From a virus (Duplodnaviria; Caudoviricetes): a stretch of 64,000 nucleotides of DNA. The notes beneath the pieces are model-generated. The model was not told where the DNA came from, did no database searches, and was given only the letters and a program-made list of their open reading frames with translations. The DNA lies in IMG/VR virus record IMGVR_UViG_3300021255_000109, positions 32,001 through 96,000 of that record; one strand, written 5' to 3'. Of this stretch, positions 52,656 to 63,409 are shown one piece after another; the stretch's first letter is position 1; each line of letters starts with the position of its first letter. The position numbers and the translations under genes are program-made.

Positions 52656-54293
52656 TTAGTCGATTATGTCATACTGATAACATTCTATATCATTTAACAG
52701 ATTAGATGGTATTTCATTCTCACAAATATAGAAATCACCCATACTCATTAGGTATTTAATTGGTTTTAAAGTTGCTGTCTCACCAAAACAATTGGCAAAT
52801 ATATTAGTGGGTGTATACTCCGGGTTGTGAACATAAACACAATTAATTTTATTTAAACGCTTAGCCCATTTTTTCAGGCAATCGGCAGTAAAATCATTTG
52901 CATTTAATCTACCAGTTTGTAAACGCTTATATTCTTCCCAGTATTCTTTTGGAATGATAAGAACTTTACTTACATCGCATTTTCTGTAGTATTCACCAGT
53001 ACAGTAGTCACGTCTATAATATTCGTGTAGACAATCAGGGCATACAGAAATACCATACATAGGAAGATAAACTAACTCGTCATTATTCACTCGTGCGCCG
53101 CAATCTTCGCATCGACCAGAATTGTCATTATTAAGACAATGGCTACATAATAACGTCTCTTCTTCTTCAACATTACATGAAATAAGGCCACCGCACCACA
53201 TACATGTTGCAAGACCAGAATAATATACATAGATATCTTTATGATTGTTGTTTACATTGATACAACCATCATGGTCAGTTGTACCAAAATCATTATACAT
53301 ATGTCCAGTTCTGAATATTAAACGAGTGTCTTGCAAAGATAAACGACTATTGCCGTGATATTTATATGTTTCAATATCAGTGTAGGTTTCAGTGTTATAT
53401 AATTCACGCAATTTTTCAATTACAATGGCATTTAATGCGTTACTATTATATGGATAACCTTTAACACTGGTAATAACATCAGGAGTAACAATAAACAAAC
53501 AACGCCATTTCTTGTTATTCCATACGCCTTTCGGCAGCAACATAGGAGTAGAAGATTCCAGATAGGCTACTACAACACTTGGGCTATTCATCATCTCCAC
53601 GGTGCCAAGACGGTAAGAGCCTTCATTCTTCCAACTCATACAAGAGTCCCAATCGCAATCATTATCGCTCATGGTCATATAATCGAGCGGATGAATAGAA
53701 ATACACAGCTGTCCATGCAGTTTTGTAGAGTTAAGGATTCTTGAATGAGCCAGTCTAAAATTTTCGAATGATTCATCCAGATGGAACATTAACTGGTTAA
53801 TTTTCCCCAGCATTTTTACAGGTTTACATCCTGTCGGCACGGTAAGCTTATGCGCCGGGTCATTCGGGTACTGAAGTACACGCGTAGAACCTGTGTACTT
53901 ATTTTGCGCTAAATCTGCAGACTGGAGCAAAGACCACACGCAATCATAAATGTCCTTATCAGCATCTGATAAAGTTTTCCAGTGGTCATGATACCAAGCT
54001 TCAAGGTCATAAATAAAGTTACGCACAGCCTCATCATTGTCAATAGCATACACAATTTCATCAATCTCTGCTATATATTCAATAGGCTCTTTGAACATTA
54101 AAGTATTGTGTTCAATAAAGGGAGTACCAAGAAAACCAGACTTAGCATCTGCCCATGGAGTCAAAACAACCTCGATAGGTGCCCTTCTTTCGTCATCCCT
54201 GTCATCATCAGGATGGGCGTAATTTGTGATATAGCTATCAATCATGTCTTTATCTTCAGTCGTCAGTAACTTCATTACCTCTTCCATGGGCAT
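52656..54293 (-). CDS. Hypothetical protein, HPLDY/WxSC family paralog
   Basis: SIHPLDYMTMSDN..DWDSCM...G.YRLG; WNNKKWR; CxxC repeats. Confidence 0.75.
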   Translation of the reverse strand: MPMEEVMKLLTTEDKDMIDSYITNYAHPDDDRDDERRAPIEVVLTPWADAKSGFLGTPFIEHNTLMFKEPIEYIAEIDEIVYAIDNDEAVRNFIYDLEAWYHDHWKTLSDADKDIYDCVWSLLQSADLAQNKYTGSTRVLQYPNDPAHKLTVPTGCKPVKMLGKINQLMFHLDESFENFRLAHSRILNSTKLHGQLCISIHPLDYMTMSDNDCDWDSCMSWKNEGSYRLGTVEMMNSPSVVVAYLESSTPMLLPKGVWNNKKWRCLFIVTPDVITSVKGYPYNSNALNAIVIEKLRELYNTETYTDIETYKYHGNSRLSLQDTRLIFRTGHMYNDFGTTDHDGCINVNNNHKDIYVYYSGLATCMWCGGLISCNVEEEETLLCSHCLNNDNSGRCEDCGARVNNDELVYLPMYGISVCPDCLHEYYRRDYCTGEYYRKCDVSKVLIIPKEYWEEYKRLQTGRLNANDFTADCLKKWAKRLNKINCVYVHNPEYTPTNIFANCFGETATLKPIKYLMSMGDFYICENEIPSNLLNDIECYQYDIID

Positions 54294-54409
54294 TTTCCTC
54301 TTTTCTTATTTTCTATAAATATTATATCAAAAAATTTGGAAAAAATCAATTCCGATCTTTTTCTCCAAAGGGCCAGCCATCAAGCGACTAGCCCTCGAGC
54401 TTCGCGCAC

Positions 54410-54634
54410 TTACCACATTAGTTCTTTTGCTTTTGCAATCATGCTATTTTTCTCATCTTCTGACAAGTCGGACAGGCCGAAACTGTCGAAAACAGCTTCG
54501 CACTCATCCTCATCATCAATGTCATCAAGGCAAGCGAGCTTTTTAATGCAGCTACCAAGAGTGCTTTCATGAATGGCATACATATTAAACGCTAACTGCT
54601 CTACCTTATCTTCATACCAAGGTGCTGTAATCAT
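54410..54634 (-). CDS. Hypothetical protein
   Basis: Translationally coupled ORF. Confidence 0.55.
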   Translation of the reverse strand: MITAPWYEDKVEQLAFNMYAIHESTLGSCIKKLACLDDIDDEDECEAVFDSFGLSDLSEDEKNSMIAKAKELMW

Positions 54635-55380
54635 TATTCTTCCTCCTCTCCGCTTTCGATTTCCTCAATCACTCTGCATCTAGTCAGCACAGTCTGCTGT
54701 ACATTCTTGTACAGTTTGTGGTCCTTCACAGTTCCTGCGAGCCACATAACCTTACCCTCTGCAAGAGACTTAGAAGCGGTAATCCATACATACTGGTTAC
54801 CATCTTCGTCAACAAAAGTATGCACAGTGCTGTCACCGTAGAATCCGCTAATCTGGACGTTCTTCTCTACACGCACCAGAATAGTTATTCTTTCTCCAAT
54901 TTCACCCTGATAGGTAGACGGACTCGGGTCGCATACAAGAGTATCAACATATGCGGTTACAGCCTCATCGCTGGCAAGGCTGTTCGGGTCCGTTGCACTC
55001 TTAACCTTATCCCAGTCAAGGCGAATCGGAGTCAATCCCGCAATCTCCGGAACTTCTTTGTCGCCCGCAATACCCCATCCCCACAGACGGGTATAAGTAG
55101 CCCCTGCTTCCTTCAGAGTCTCTTTCGCCGCATAAGTATCACCCTTAAAGATGGTAATGAAACCGGCACCAAAACCAAGAACTTCCTTCTGAGTCTTGAA
55201 TTCTTTCATGGTGGTACTCTTGGAAGCCGCAGCACCATAATACTTTGCATACTCTTTCTCAGAGTACCAGCGTACCTGGCGCACCACTCCAGAAGTCGTG
55301 CGGACTTTTACATAAGTTTTTGCATTAACAGTATAAACATCAGACACGATTTCAAGATTCTGATAAGATTTTGCTACCAT
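54634..55380 (-). CDS. Hypothetical protein with C-terminal OB-like domain
   Basis: G.IGERI...YG...F.D.DGN..VW...GTVKDH..Y....QT.LTRC. Confidence 0.7.
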   Translation of the reverse strand: MVAKSYQNLEIVSDVYTVNAKTYVKVRTTSGVVRQVRWYSEKEYAKYYGAAASKSTTMKEFKTQKEVLGFGAGFITIFKGDTYAAKETLKEAGATYTRLWGWGIAGDKEVPEIAGLTPIRLDWDKVKSATDPNSLASDEAVTAYVDTLVCDPSPSTYQGEIGERITILVRVEKNVQISGFYGDSTVHTFVDEDGNQYVWITASKSLAEGKVMWLAGTVKDHKLYKNVQQTVLTRCRVIEEIESGEEEE

Positions 55381-55535
55381 ACCGTACCACCTTTCTTTAA
55401 TTTGAATTTCTTTTTCATTTTCTATAAATATTATAGCAAAATTTTTTCCAAAAATCAATTGCGGCCTTTTGGCGCCCACAGGTTGACTTTTATACAAGAA
55501 AATGATATAATATTTATTAGAAAGGAGTGTTGATT

Positions 55536-56105
55536 ATGTTAATTGAATCAATTCTTGCGGGTTTTGTTGTATCTTTTGGTGCAATAGCATATTTGTTTAT
55601 TGATGATATGCTGATTAGTTCTATTTGTATTGGATTAGTATTGATGAGTATAGTTTATTACGATCTGGATCTTTTTACTGGGCATGGTGGTCTTTTAACA
55701 TCACAACGAGAAACGGTTATAGAGGGTATAATTATTTTTGTTGGGAATAATATTGGTGTTATGTGGATTGCTTTATTATTAAAATTAGCGCCAGAATATA
55801 ATGGCTAGTTAGTTAGCCGTGCCGTCGAGATAACTATGCAACGTGGTTAGTATAGCTGGACCACTAATTTCATAATGGGACTTTTCGGCGGAATGATATT
55901 ATATGCTGGCGCTATTGGTTATCGAAAAACTGGTATATATATGATGTCATTACTTGCCGCAGTATTGTGCGTTATGAGCGATTATTAGTTTTTTTTAACT
56001 GATACATTTTTTTATTGGATTGCCGATTGGCAATATGGTTACATGATTATTCCAACATTAATTGGAAATATTATTGGAAGTAATGTATTTCCTTGGCTAC
56101 GATAG
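55536..56105 (+). CDS. Formate/nitrite-transporter-like membrane protein (in-frame TAGs; 3' end uncertain)
   Basis: SILAG, LFTG, GNNIG, GNIIG and several TM helices across the TAGs; own TTGACT/TATAAT promoter. Confidence 0.65.
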
Positions 56106-56130
56106 CGTTCGCCTCGATATCATCAAGAAA

Positions 56131-56499
56131 TTAAAGTCCCTTTAGATGAAAATGAGCGCATCCTGTAGCAATTTGCCTCTGACATTCAAAATCTGTACCA
56201 AAAGAACACTGACACTTCTGACACGTCTCACGAACACGGTCGGGATTCTTCACCTGAGCGATAAATTGCATATTTCCGTTACGGATAGTTTTTGTTACAG
56301 TTTTTGGAGTAGGTGACGGGTCGGTTTCAAAATAGCAATAGACATCAACACCGTAAAGACAAGTCGCGCAAGTTCCTGCGGCGTTTGCACATGCGGGGCA
56401 CATGAGTTGGATTTTGTCTTCCTCTTGTGTTATCACAATCCCTCGCGGAACCGGCTGACCGCATATGTCGCAGTAATTTACTATATTAGTAATAGACAT
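56131..56499 (-). CDS. Cys-rich Zn-binding hypothetical protein
   Basis: Multiple CxxC. Confidence 0.6.
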   Translation of the reverse strand: MSITNIVNYCDICGQPVPRGIVITQEEDKIQLMCPACANAAGTCATCLYGVDVYCYFETDPSPTPKTVTKTIRNGNMQFIAQVKNPDRVRETCQKCQCSFGTDFECQRQIATGCAHFHLKGL

Positions 56500-56754
56500 T
56501 TAATCCTCCTCGCTATAAGGGTCATTATGAAGAAGTGCATTAGCTAGCTTTTCGGAGATTGTAAGACAGGTCTCGCCGCACCCATCAGAAATTTCTTCAA
56601 TCTGGAGATTGATAATGTTGTCTCTGCCATATGCGTTGATTACGTTTGTAATGGCTGTTTCAAAGGATTCTGCTGCTGTTAGTTCATGTGCAGTTTTTTC
56701 ATTAAAATCACTGTCAGAAATATAGGTTACGCGCACAACATACAATTTTATCAT
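56500..56754 (-). CDS. Hypothetical protein
   Basis: ORF with RBS behind promoter. Confidence 0.6.
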   Translation of the reverse strand: MIKLYVVRVTYISDSDFNEKTAHELTAAESFETAITNVINAYGRDNIINLQIEEISDGCGETCLTISEKLANALLHNDPYSEED

Positions 56755-56890
56755 GGATTATATCTCCTTTCCTATTTTCTATAATAATTATAGCAAAATT
56801 TTTGGAAAAAATCAAAGATGTTAAAAGAAAGGTCAATAATTGTTAATAGTATTATTGGGATTTTTAGAGTAATGTGGGAGGTACAAAGAC

Positions 56891-57493
56891 ATGGAAATCG
56901 AAAAGAATTCTCGACAAATCCCAAGTAAATAGGAGATTTGTAGTGATAAAATGTATAGTGATATAGTATATGGTTGGTTTCAAGATATGTCGGAAAAAGA
57001 TTCTGAAGGGATACGTTATGTGAATGAGAAAGATGTTAATTATTCTAAAATTGGAGATAGAATTGGTTTAAGCAGGCAGACAGTGTCTAAAAGGATTAAG
57101 AATTTAGAAGACATGGGACTGATTTATAAAAATGATTTGAAAAAGCGATATGAAATTCATATTTTGTCTAATGTAGATGCTTCATTGATCCCAAAGCGCA
57201 CTTTAAGTTTTTTGATTGATAGTTAGAGTGAAAATGGTATTTCTATTTATGTTTATTTATTGAATAGATATTGGGCTAATTAGGAATAGCCTTTTTCATT
57301 TACTATTGGTTAGGTAAAGAGTTTTTTAGGTATTAGTGTAAAAACTACGAGTAATAATCATTGTATTACTAATCCTTTAATTTCTTTGGCAAATAATGGA
57401 TTAATTGATTATGAAATTAAAGAAGAAGGCGGAGGCATTAAAACAGCTTATTATATTAAGAGTATGAGTTTTAATGTTAAAAATTTGAATTAA
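56891..57493 (+). CDS. Winged-HTH protein, possible replication initiator (in-frame TAGs)
   Basis: GGAGG RBS; SKIGDRIGLSRQTVSKRIKNLEDMGLI; second HTH-like half after read-through. Confidence 0.7.
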
Positions 57494-57509
57494 AAAATGT
57501 TAAATAAAT

Positions 57510-57659
57510 GTGTTAAAATTTTAGATACGGTGAGTCCCTAATAAAAAGTGTTAATAAAAAGTGTTAAAATTTTAGATACGGACAGTTGGTGCGGGGGCAC
57601 GGACTGTTTAATATGTGTGTTAAAATTTTAGAAGCGGCGCTGTTAAAAACGTAGATACC
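57510..57659. repeat. Four ~21-bp direct repeats (iteron-like)
   Basis: GTGTTAAAATTTTAGATACGG at 57510 and 57561; variants at 57617 and 57641. Confidence 0.75.
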
Positions 57660-58329
57660 ATATAAATAGTAATAGCGGAAAGCTTCGCTTTCCATATCGC
57701 GTCTTCGACGCTCTGTGATATAGTTGACTCAACACTCCTTCGGAGTGTTGAGTTGGGGGCTTCGCCCCCAGCCCAAGCACTGAGGAGGGTAAGGGCGTTG
57801 TGGGGCGCATATTGGTTTGAAAATGCTGGGGGTGGGGGCAGTGTAGTATTGTGCGTTTTGGGGGCATAAATGGAGCTTTTTGAAAATGAAATGAAAACCG
57901 CAAAAGGGGTTTTAAAAAATGAAATGAAAATTGGGAGGTGAGTGCATTGGGAAAGGTTATTAAGGTGAAGAAGAGCTTTAATAGCGATGATGTGCAAAAG
58001 TTTGTAAAAGCTTTTAATGAACAATTTGGTGTTGCGAGTAATATATAGAGTGTGACTAGCACTGAAGCATATTATTTGGATATTATTGCTAAGTAGTAGG
58101 TAATTATTGATAGATTAAAGGCCGAGCGCAAATCTTTGTTGGAGGCTATTGAGGAGTATAAATATGGGAAAGAAAGCAAAGAAGATGAAGAAGAAATTGA
58201 GTGAGTTGAAGATGGCTATAGAAAGACTGGAGAAAGAACAGGATTCTATGCGGTTAGAGATTTAGAGATTAGAAGATATAGCTGAATGTAGATATATTAA
58301 ATTGAGCTATGATGATTATTTGAAAGGAA

Positions 58330-58527
58330 GTGATAAGATTGAATGGTAAAGATACAATGGTGAATTGTAGTGTATGTACTTTTGCATATACGCCGGATAA
58401 TCAGCATTTATGTGTCATGGCTGCGGCTAGTGATGGTATAAATCATACATGTGCGTTTTATACACTTATTGAAGATAATAAAAATGATATTGATGAGCCT
58501 GATTTGCGTTTTGTTGTGGACAGATAA
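58330..58527 (+). CDS. Small Cys-containing hypothetical protein
   Basis: ORF with RBS, CxxC. Confidence 0.45.
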   Translation: MIRLNGKDTMVNCSVCTFAYTPDNQHLCVMAAASDGINHTCAFYTLIEDNKNDIDEPDLRFVVDR

Positions 58528-59110
58528 ACGTGCGATTAGGTTTTGATTGAGTTGCAGCTAGCTGGGAAAAAGCGCAGGTAAATGGTCGGAGAAGAGCGAG
58601 AGAAGGTTATGGAAGTGTTGTACGAGAGGTTATATTTTAATTATTATTTAGGATAATGGAATATATTATTGTGATGATATAATGATTATATTTAATATAT
58701 ATTGAGGTGGAGTATTATAATATATAATAGGCAATGAGGTGGATAATATAATTATTATATTTATAATATTATAATTATAGAGTTAGCTATTGGGAAGGGG
58801 AAGTTAAAAATATTTAAAAAGGCAAGAATTGATAAATTGTTTATAATATTATTAATATTATTTAGATAATTAAAGTGATTAAAGTAATTATAAAGAGAAT
58901 AGGAAAGAATTAGAAAAATTGGAGAAATTATCTAGTGGGCCTGGCCCCCGTTCGGTGCCCGTTCTTCAGTCAGAAACGGTGACTCTCTCCGTCTTCGAAA
59001 GACTTAGCTATCGTTTGTCAATGTTCACTCTTGCTTAATCAAACCAAGAAATCCCACGAGGTCTTCACCTGTGGGAAAAATCTTGGCTTATTTTGCCTTT
59101 TGATATGTTT

Positions 59111-59542
59111 TTATAGTGTCTTTAAGAACTCCAGGATTGCTTCCTTGTCGCTCTCAGTGGTTTTGACCTTGCGCACCGGCTTTGTGGACAGATTAACCTT
59201 AGCTTTTTCTGCTTCAAAGAGCGGGCCAAGTTCGCTCCAGAGAGTATTAGTGCCTTCGGCAAGCTCCGGCAGTGACCGTGCGATTTCCGCACGCTGTTCT
59301 TCCGTAGCCTTCGGCATGCCCCCGTATTTCTCAAGGAAGTCGCACATTGCGTCGGCTACGTGTCGTGCGTCGGCATCACGCTGCTTCACAAACTCCTGCT
59401 TTTTCTTCGCCACGGCTTCAGCCGTCTTGAGCGCCTCGTACTCGTTCAATGCGTCGTTAATGACCTTGGCGATTTCGTCGCCAATGCTCTGTACCTCTTC
59501 TCCAGCCTGCAGGCGCTTAAGGATATCCTCTTTTGTGTACAT
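59111..59542 (-). CDS. Hypothetical protein
   Basis: ORF with RBS and promoter. Confidence 0.7.
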   Translation of the reverse strand: MYTKEDILKRLQAGEEVQSIGDEIAKVINDALNEYEALKTAEAVAKKKQEFVKQRDADARHVADAMCDFLEKYGGMPKATEEQRAEIARSLPELAEGTNTLWSELGPLFEAEKAKVNLSTKPVRKVKTTESDKEAILEFLKTL

Positions 59543-59646
59543 AATGTTTTTTCTCCTTTTCTTTTCTTACATATATATTATATCAAAAAATTTTGCAAAA
59601 ATCAAATGGCGGATTTAAAAGTGTGCGGTCGGAGTCTGCGCGGGTC

Positions 59647-59870
59647 CCGTACGGTGACCGTACGGCGGGGTGCTAGAGTGCGGTAAGTGCTGCATATAGG
59701 CCGTTCGGTAACCGAACGGCCGCTAGAGTTAGCGATCGGGGTCGCATATGAGACCGGTTTCCGCTCGGGCGCCGAGCGGAGGTAGCAATTTCGGGCATAT
59801 GGGCGCGTTCGCGCGGGCCGCTAGAATTAGAAAAAAATTCGCATATGGATGTACCGAACGGGAGTTCGGG
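59647..59870. repeat. GC-rich array of four ~50-bp degenerate units (palindrome-GCTAGA-GCATAT)
   Basis: GCATAT at 59692, 59744, 59795, 59841; each unit starts with a GC palindrome. Confidence 0.6.
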
Positions 59871-60029
59871 GCCGCACGCTCGCGCGCGGCCCGGGCTAAT
59901 TAGCTAAATAAAAGGCTAAAAAAACTAATAAAAAAGCTAAAAAAATAAAAAAAAATGGAAAAAATTAACCAAAACCGCACAAAAATAAATAAAAAAATAA
60001 TCAGGTGGTTTAAAACCACCTGATTATTA

Positions 60030-60263
60030 TTATTTTTTCTTTTTCTTGTTCTTTATATCGAATTTTTTTGCTTCATAATAGCAGAAATCAACGTCTCCAA
60101 AATCAAACTCTTCATAGCGCAAGTCGAATTCTTCAGGATAATTGAGTTTCTTCTTATCATGATAATCCTGATAAAATTGTTCAGCCTCATTCATATCTCT
60201 GGCGATAGCGACTACTTCTGTATCATTCCCAAATCCATCAGTCCAATCCATAATAGCAATCAT
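60030..60263 (-). CDS. Hypothetical early protein
   Basis: ORF behind a TTGACA/TATAAC promoter. Confidence 0.6.
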   Translation of the reverse strand: MIAIMDWTDGFGNDTEVVAIARDMNEAEQFYQDYHDKKKLNYPEEFDLRYEEFDFGDVDFCYYEAKKFDIKNKKKKK

Positions 60264-60908
60264 TTTTTTTCTTCCTTTCTTTTTTGTATCTCTCTTATTG
60301 ACACTGTTATAATATCACATTTAAGAAATTTTGTCAAGCATTTTTTAAAAAATTTTTTAGTTAGTTTAAACTAACTTTTGCCCGGGCAAGTTAGGCGTAA
60401 CTAACTTGCGCACAAAAAGAAGAGGAGCTTTACTCCTCTTCCCACTCAAACTCGCACACAGGACAGCCGTTCTTCAGCTCGTCCGTTGACCAGTCACTCT
60501 CATAGATGGGCTCACCGCACTCCGGACACTCGAAAAACCGTTCGTCCCAATCGACAAATACACCGTACACTTGAACGCAAAAGTTAGCTACCTTTTCCCA
60601 CATACTCATAGTTGAAATCTCCTTTTCTTTGATGATTTAATTATAACACAAGCCGGGTAATTTGTCAAGTATTTTTTTTATAAATATACCCACCCTTCTT
60701 CCTCGTTAATAATGATTTCTGATTCATACAGATTACGAGAGCAGCCCTCTTCATCTGCAAAGCAGGTATAATTCTGAACACCTTTTTTACATGCCCAATT
60801 GTATAAGTCTTCGATAGTCCAAATAATGTCTTTCGTTTTCATTTTTGTTCTTCCTTTCTCTTGATAATTTTATTATAGCACAGACTGAATAATTTGTCAA
60901 GCGTTTTT

Positions 60909-61127
60909 TTAATCAAGTTCATCAAATTTTAAACGCATGTCATTATCCCACCACTCAGCCAGTTCCTGGCCCTCCGGCGAATCGTAACCGAGAAGTTCGT
61001 TAGTTACAAACATTACAACGCCATAACACCGAGTCTTTGCTTGCTGGAGATTATATCCTCTTTTAGTCATTACGTTTTCCAGTTCGTAGTTAATCCACTT
61101 TTTTGTTCTTTCTGTTATATCTATCAT
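60909..61127 (-). CDS. Hypothetical early protein
   Basis: ORF with RBS and promoter. Confidence 0.6.
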   Translation of the reverse strand: MIDITERTKKWINYELENVMTKRGYNLQQAKTRCYGVVMFVTNELLGYDSPEGQELAEWWDNDMRLKFDELD

Positions 61128-61278
61128 GTTCTTACCTCTCTTTCTGATGGTTTAATTATAGCACAGAGGCTAAACAAAGTCAAGCATTTTTTAAAATTTT
61201 TTTGAGTTAGTCACGACGAACTTGCCCGGGCGCCACCCGAACATTCGTTCGGGCGATTCCCTTGATAGTGGTGAGGGC

Positions 61279-61614
61279 TTAGCCCTCAACCACCTTGAAG
61301 TAGGTGACACGCTTCTCAGCGTACTTCTCAGCCTGTCCGGCTTCTACCAGCTGCTTCAGGAGAGCGGACACCTTCTGAGTGGCAAGCCCAAGAGTGGCGG
61401 CAATATCCTTGCACTGCTTGCCCTCAGTGGTCAGCAGACCGAGGATGTTAGCCTTGACTTCCTCGTTTTCCTTCTGAGTCTTAGTGGGCTTGCGCTCACC
61501 GCTGTTGCGCTTCTCAAGCTGAACCTTGAGAGCTTCCAGCTTTTCACGGACTTCATCAGTGATGGTGCCGTTCAGTGCGAGGTCGATAGCGTTTGCATAA
61601 GTAAGCTTAGTCAT
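61279..61614 (-). CDS. Winged-HTH early protein (KPTKTQ.EN family)
   Basis: RKPTKTQKEN...DIA...QKVSALLKQLV...KRVTYF. Confidence 0.75.
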   Translation of the reverse strand: MTKLTYANAIDLALNGTITDEVREKLEALKVQLEKRNSGERKPTKTQKENEEVKANILGLLTTEGKQCKDIAATLGLATQKVSALLKQLVEAGQAEKYAEKRVTYFKVVEG

Positions 61615-62076
61615 AGTGTATTTTCCTTTCTTTGTTTGTGGCGGGCGGTCGTATTTCTTTAAGCGATTCTTTTTTCTCTCGCACCCTCATCTCTTGTGTC
61701 TTTATTATAACACGCTTTGGGGAGTTTGTCAAGAGGTTTTTTAAGATTTTTTCTTTCTACTTTCGGTCTGCATTATTGCAGGGTTTTCGAAACCGAGGAG
61801 CGCTCACTCGCTTATCCCCTCTTGACAAGATCATTATAGCACATCTTGAGGAATTTGTCAAGGGGTTTTTATTAGATTTTTTAAATCTGTCTGACCCTTG
61901 TCTCTCGGAAAGTGGCGCCTTCATCCTACCTCGTCATTTCCCCTTGACAGTTATTATAATACCACAGACCGACGGAAAAGTCAACCCCTTTTTGAAAATT
62001 TTTTTAAAAAATTTTTTGAGTTAGTCATGACTAACTCGCCCGGGCACATTTTCTGACAATTCAGAAGGTTGGGGCG

Positions 62077-62781
62077 TTAAAACGCCCCATTTTCAGACAA
62101 TTCCTTGAAAGTCTTCTGAACTGTGCGCCAGCAGCAGGCGTAGGGGTTAGACTTCATTTCATCAGTGCCAGTTTTCAGACAATTCAGGAAAATTGCAGTT
62201 TCAATCAGCACATCTTCCAGACCAGTGTGACTTTCTTCAAATTCGGGGTCATTTGTCAGAAAACGGTACGCACATTCAGCAGAAGTCTGGATGTTTCCGG
62301 CCGGAGACACAAAGCCATTGTCAAGCGCAAACTGGATATAGTCGGAAGTATTCAGAAAACTTGTGCAAGCCATGTGCCAAATGCAGAACAGTTCGACCTT
62401 AAAGGGGAAGAACCACCTCAGATAGGAAGAAGTCAGATAACGGGTGTCATTGTTTGAAGCACGCTTGTCAAAGCCCATGTTGTATGCGCCGACGTGCTTA
62501 ATGTTAAAAGTTTTCAGACAATTCCACAATTCTCTGCGGATGTTGAGAAACTTCTTCAGCTGGCGCTTGCCGGACTTGATATCATCCCAATAGTGCGGAA
62601 CCTTTTCCGCAAAATAAGCAGAGGTCATAAGTTCCTTGTCAAGGAAAATTTCAGCGCACACATAACTATGCTGGTCAACGATTTCGCCGGTTTCAGTGTC
62701 AACGACCGCCCATCCAAAATCATAAGGAAGCGGCTGGTCAATAGTGTTAGCGGTTTCGGTGTCGATAATCATAACGTACAT
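62077..62781 (-). CDS. DEDDh 3'-5' exonuclease
   Basis: IDTET, AYNMGFD, HTGLED. Confidence 0.85.
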   Translation of the reverse strand: MYVMIIDTETANTIDQPLPYDFGWAVVDTETGEIVDQHSYVCAEIFLDKELMTSAYFAEKVPHYWDDIKSGKRQLKKFLNIRRELWNCLKTFNIKHVGAYNMGFDKRASNNDTRYLTSSYLRWFFPFKVELFCIWHMACTSFLNTSDYIQFALDNGFVSPAGNIQTSAECAYRFLTNDPEFEESHTGLEDVLIETAIFLNCLKTGTDEMKSNPYACCWRTVQKTFKELSENGAF

Positions 62782-63043
62782 AGTTTTTTTCTCCTTCTCT
62801 CTTTTGATGATTCTATTGTATCACACTTTGAAGCGTTTGTCAAGAGGTTTTTTAACTTTTTTTCAAAAGTTTTTTGAGCGGTTCATGTCTCGCTCTCTCT
62901 GACAGTTATTATAATACCACAGAACTTGTACAAAGTCAAGCACTTTTTTTAAAATTTTTGAATTTTTTTCAAGTTAGACAAGGCTAATCCGCCCGGGCAA
63001 CCCGAACAAACGTTCGGACTGGCCGTAATTGGCGCACTTTTGG

Positions 63044-63409
63044 TCACTTTTTTGGTGGTCTGTGCTTCGTAAGCGTAATAGAATAGTCATTTTCACCAAC
63101 TAAAAGTGAAATTTCACGCTCATTTTTGATAATTTCCACATCAAAACCATCAATTTCTGACAAAAAACCGGCAATTTTTGCGATAATTTCCTGTTTTTCA
63201 TCATCGGGCTTACGTTCACGCTTCACCGGACCGTTTTTCTTGTGCGTGTCCATGGCGGTCATCTTTTTCGCCGTTTTTTTCTGCTCAGCGGTTAATTCAA
63301 AAAGCTTAGCGCCGTGGTCTATTGCTTCATCATCAGCGATAACCTGAATTGCTTCTTCTCTTGTGCAATTCAACGACTGCATGAGCTGTTTAATTCTTTT
63401 TTCGTCCAT
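63044..63409 (-). CDS. Hypothetical early protein
   Basis: ORF with GGAGG RBS; KRERKPD..K..II. Confidence 0.7.
   Translation of the reverse strand: MDEKRIKQLMQSLNCTREEAIQVIADDEAIDHGAKLFELTAEQKKTAKKMTAMDTHKKNGPVKRERKPDDEKQEIIAKIAGFLSEIDGFDVEIIKNEREISLLVGENDYSITLTKHRPPKK

Noticed and set aside
54718-59618. Long ORFs 54718-55533(+), 59031-59618(+), 57620-58062(-), and similarly 20304-20870(+)
   Set aside because: Antisense shadows of better-supported genes or of the repeat region; no RBS or motifs
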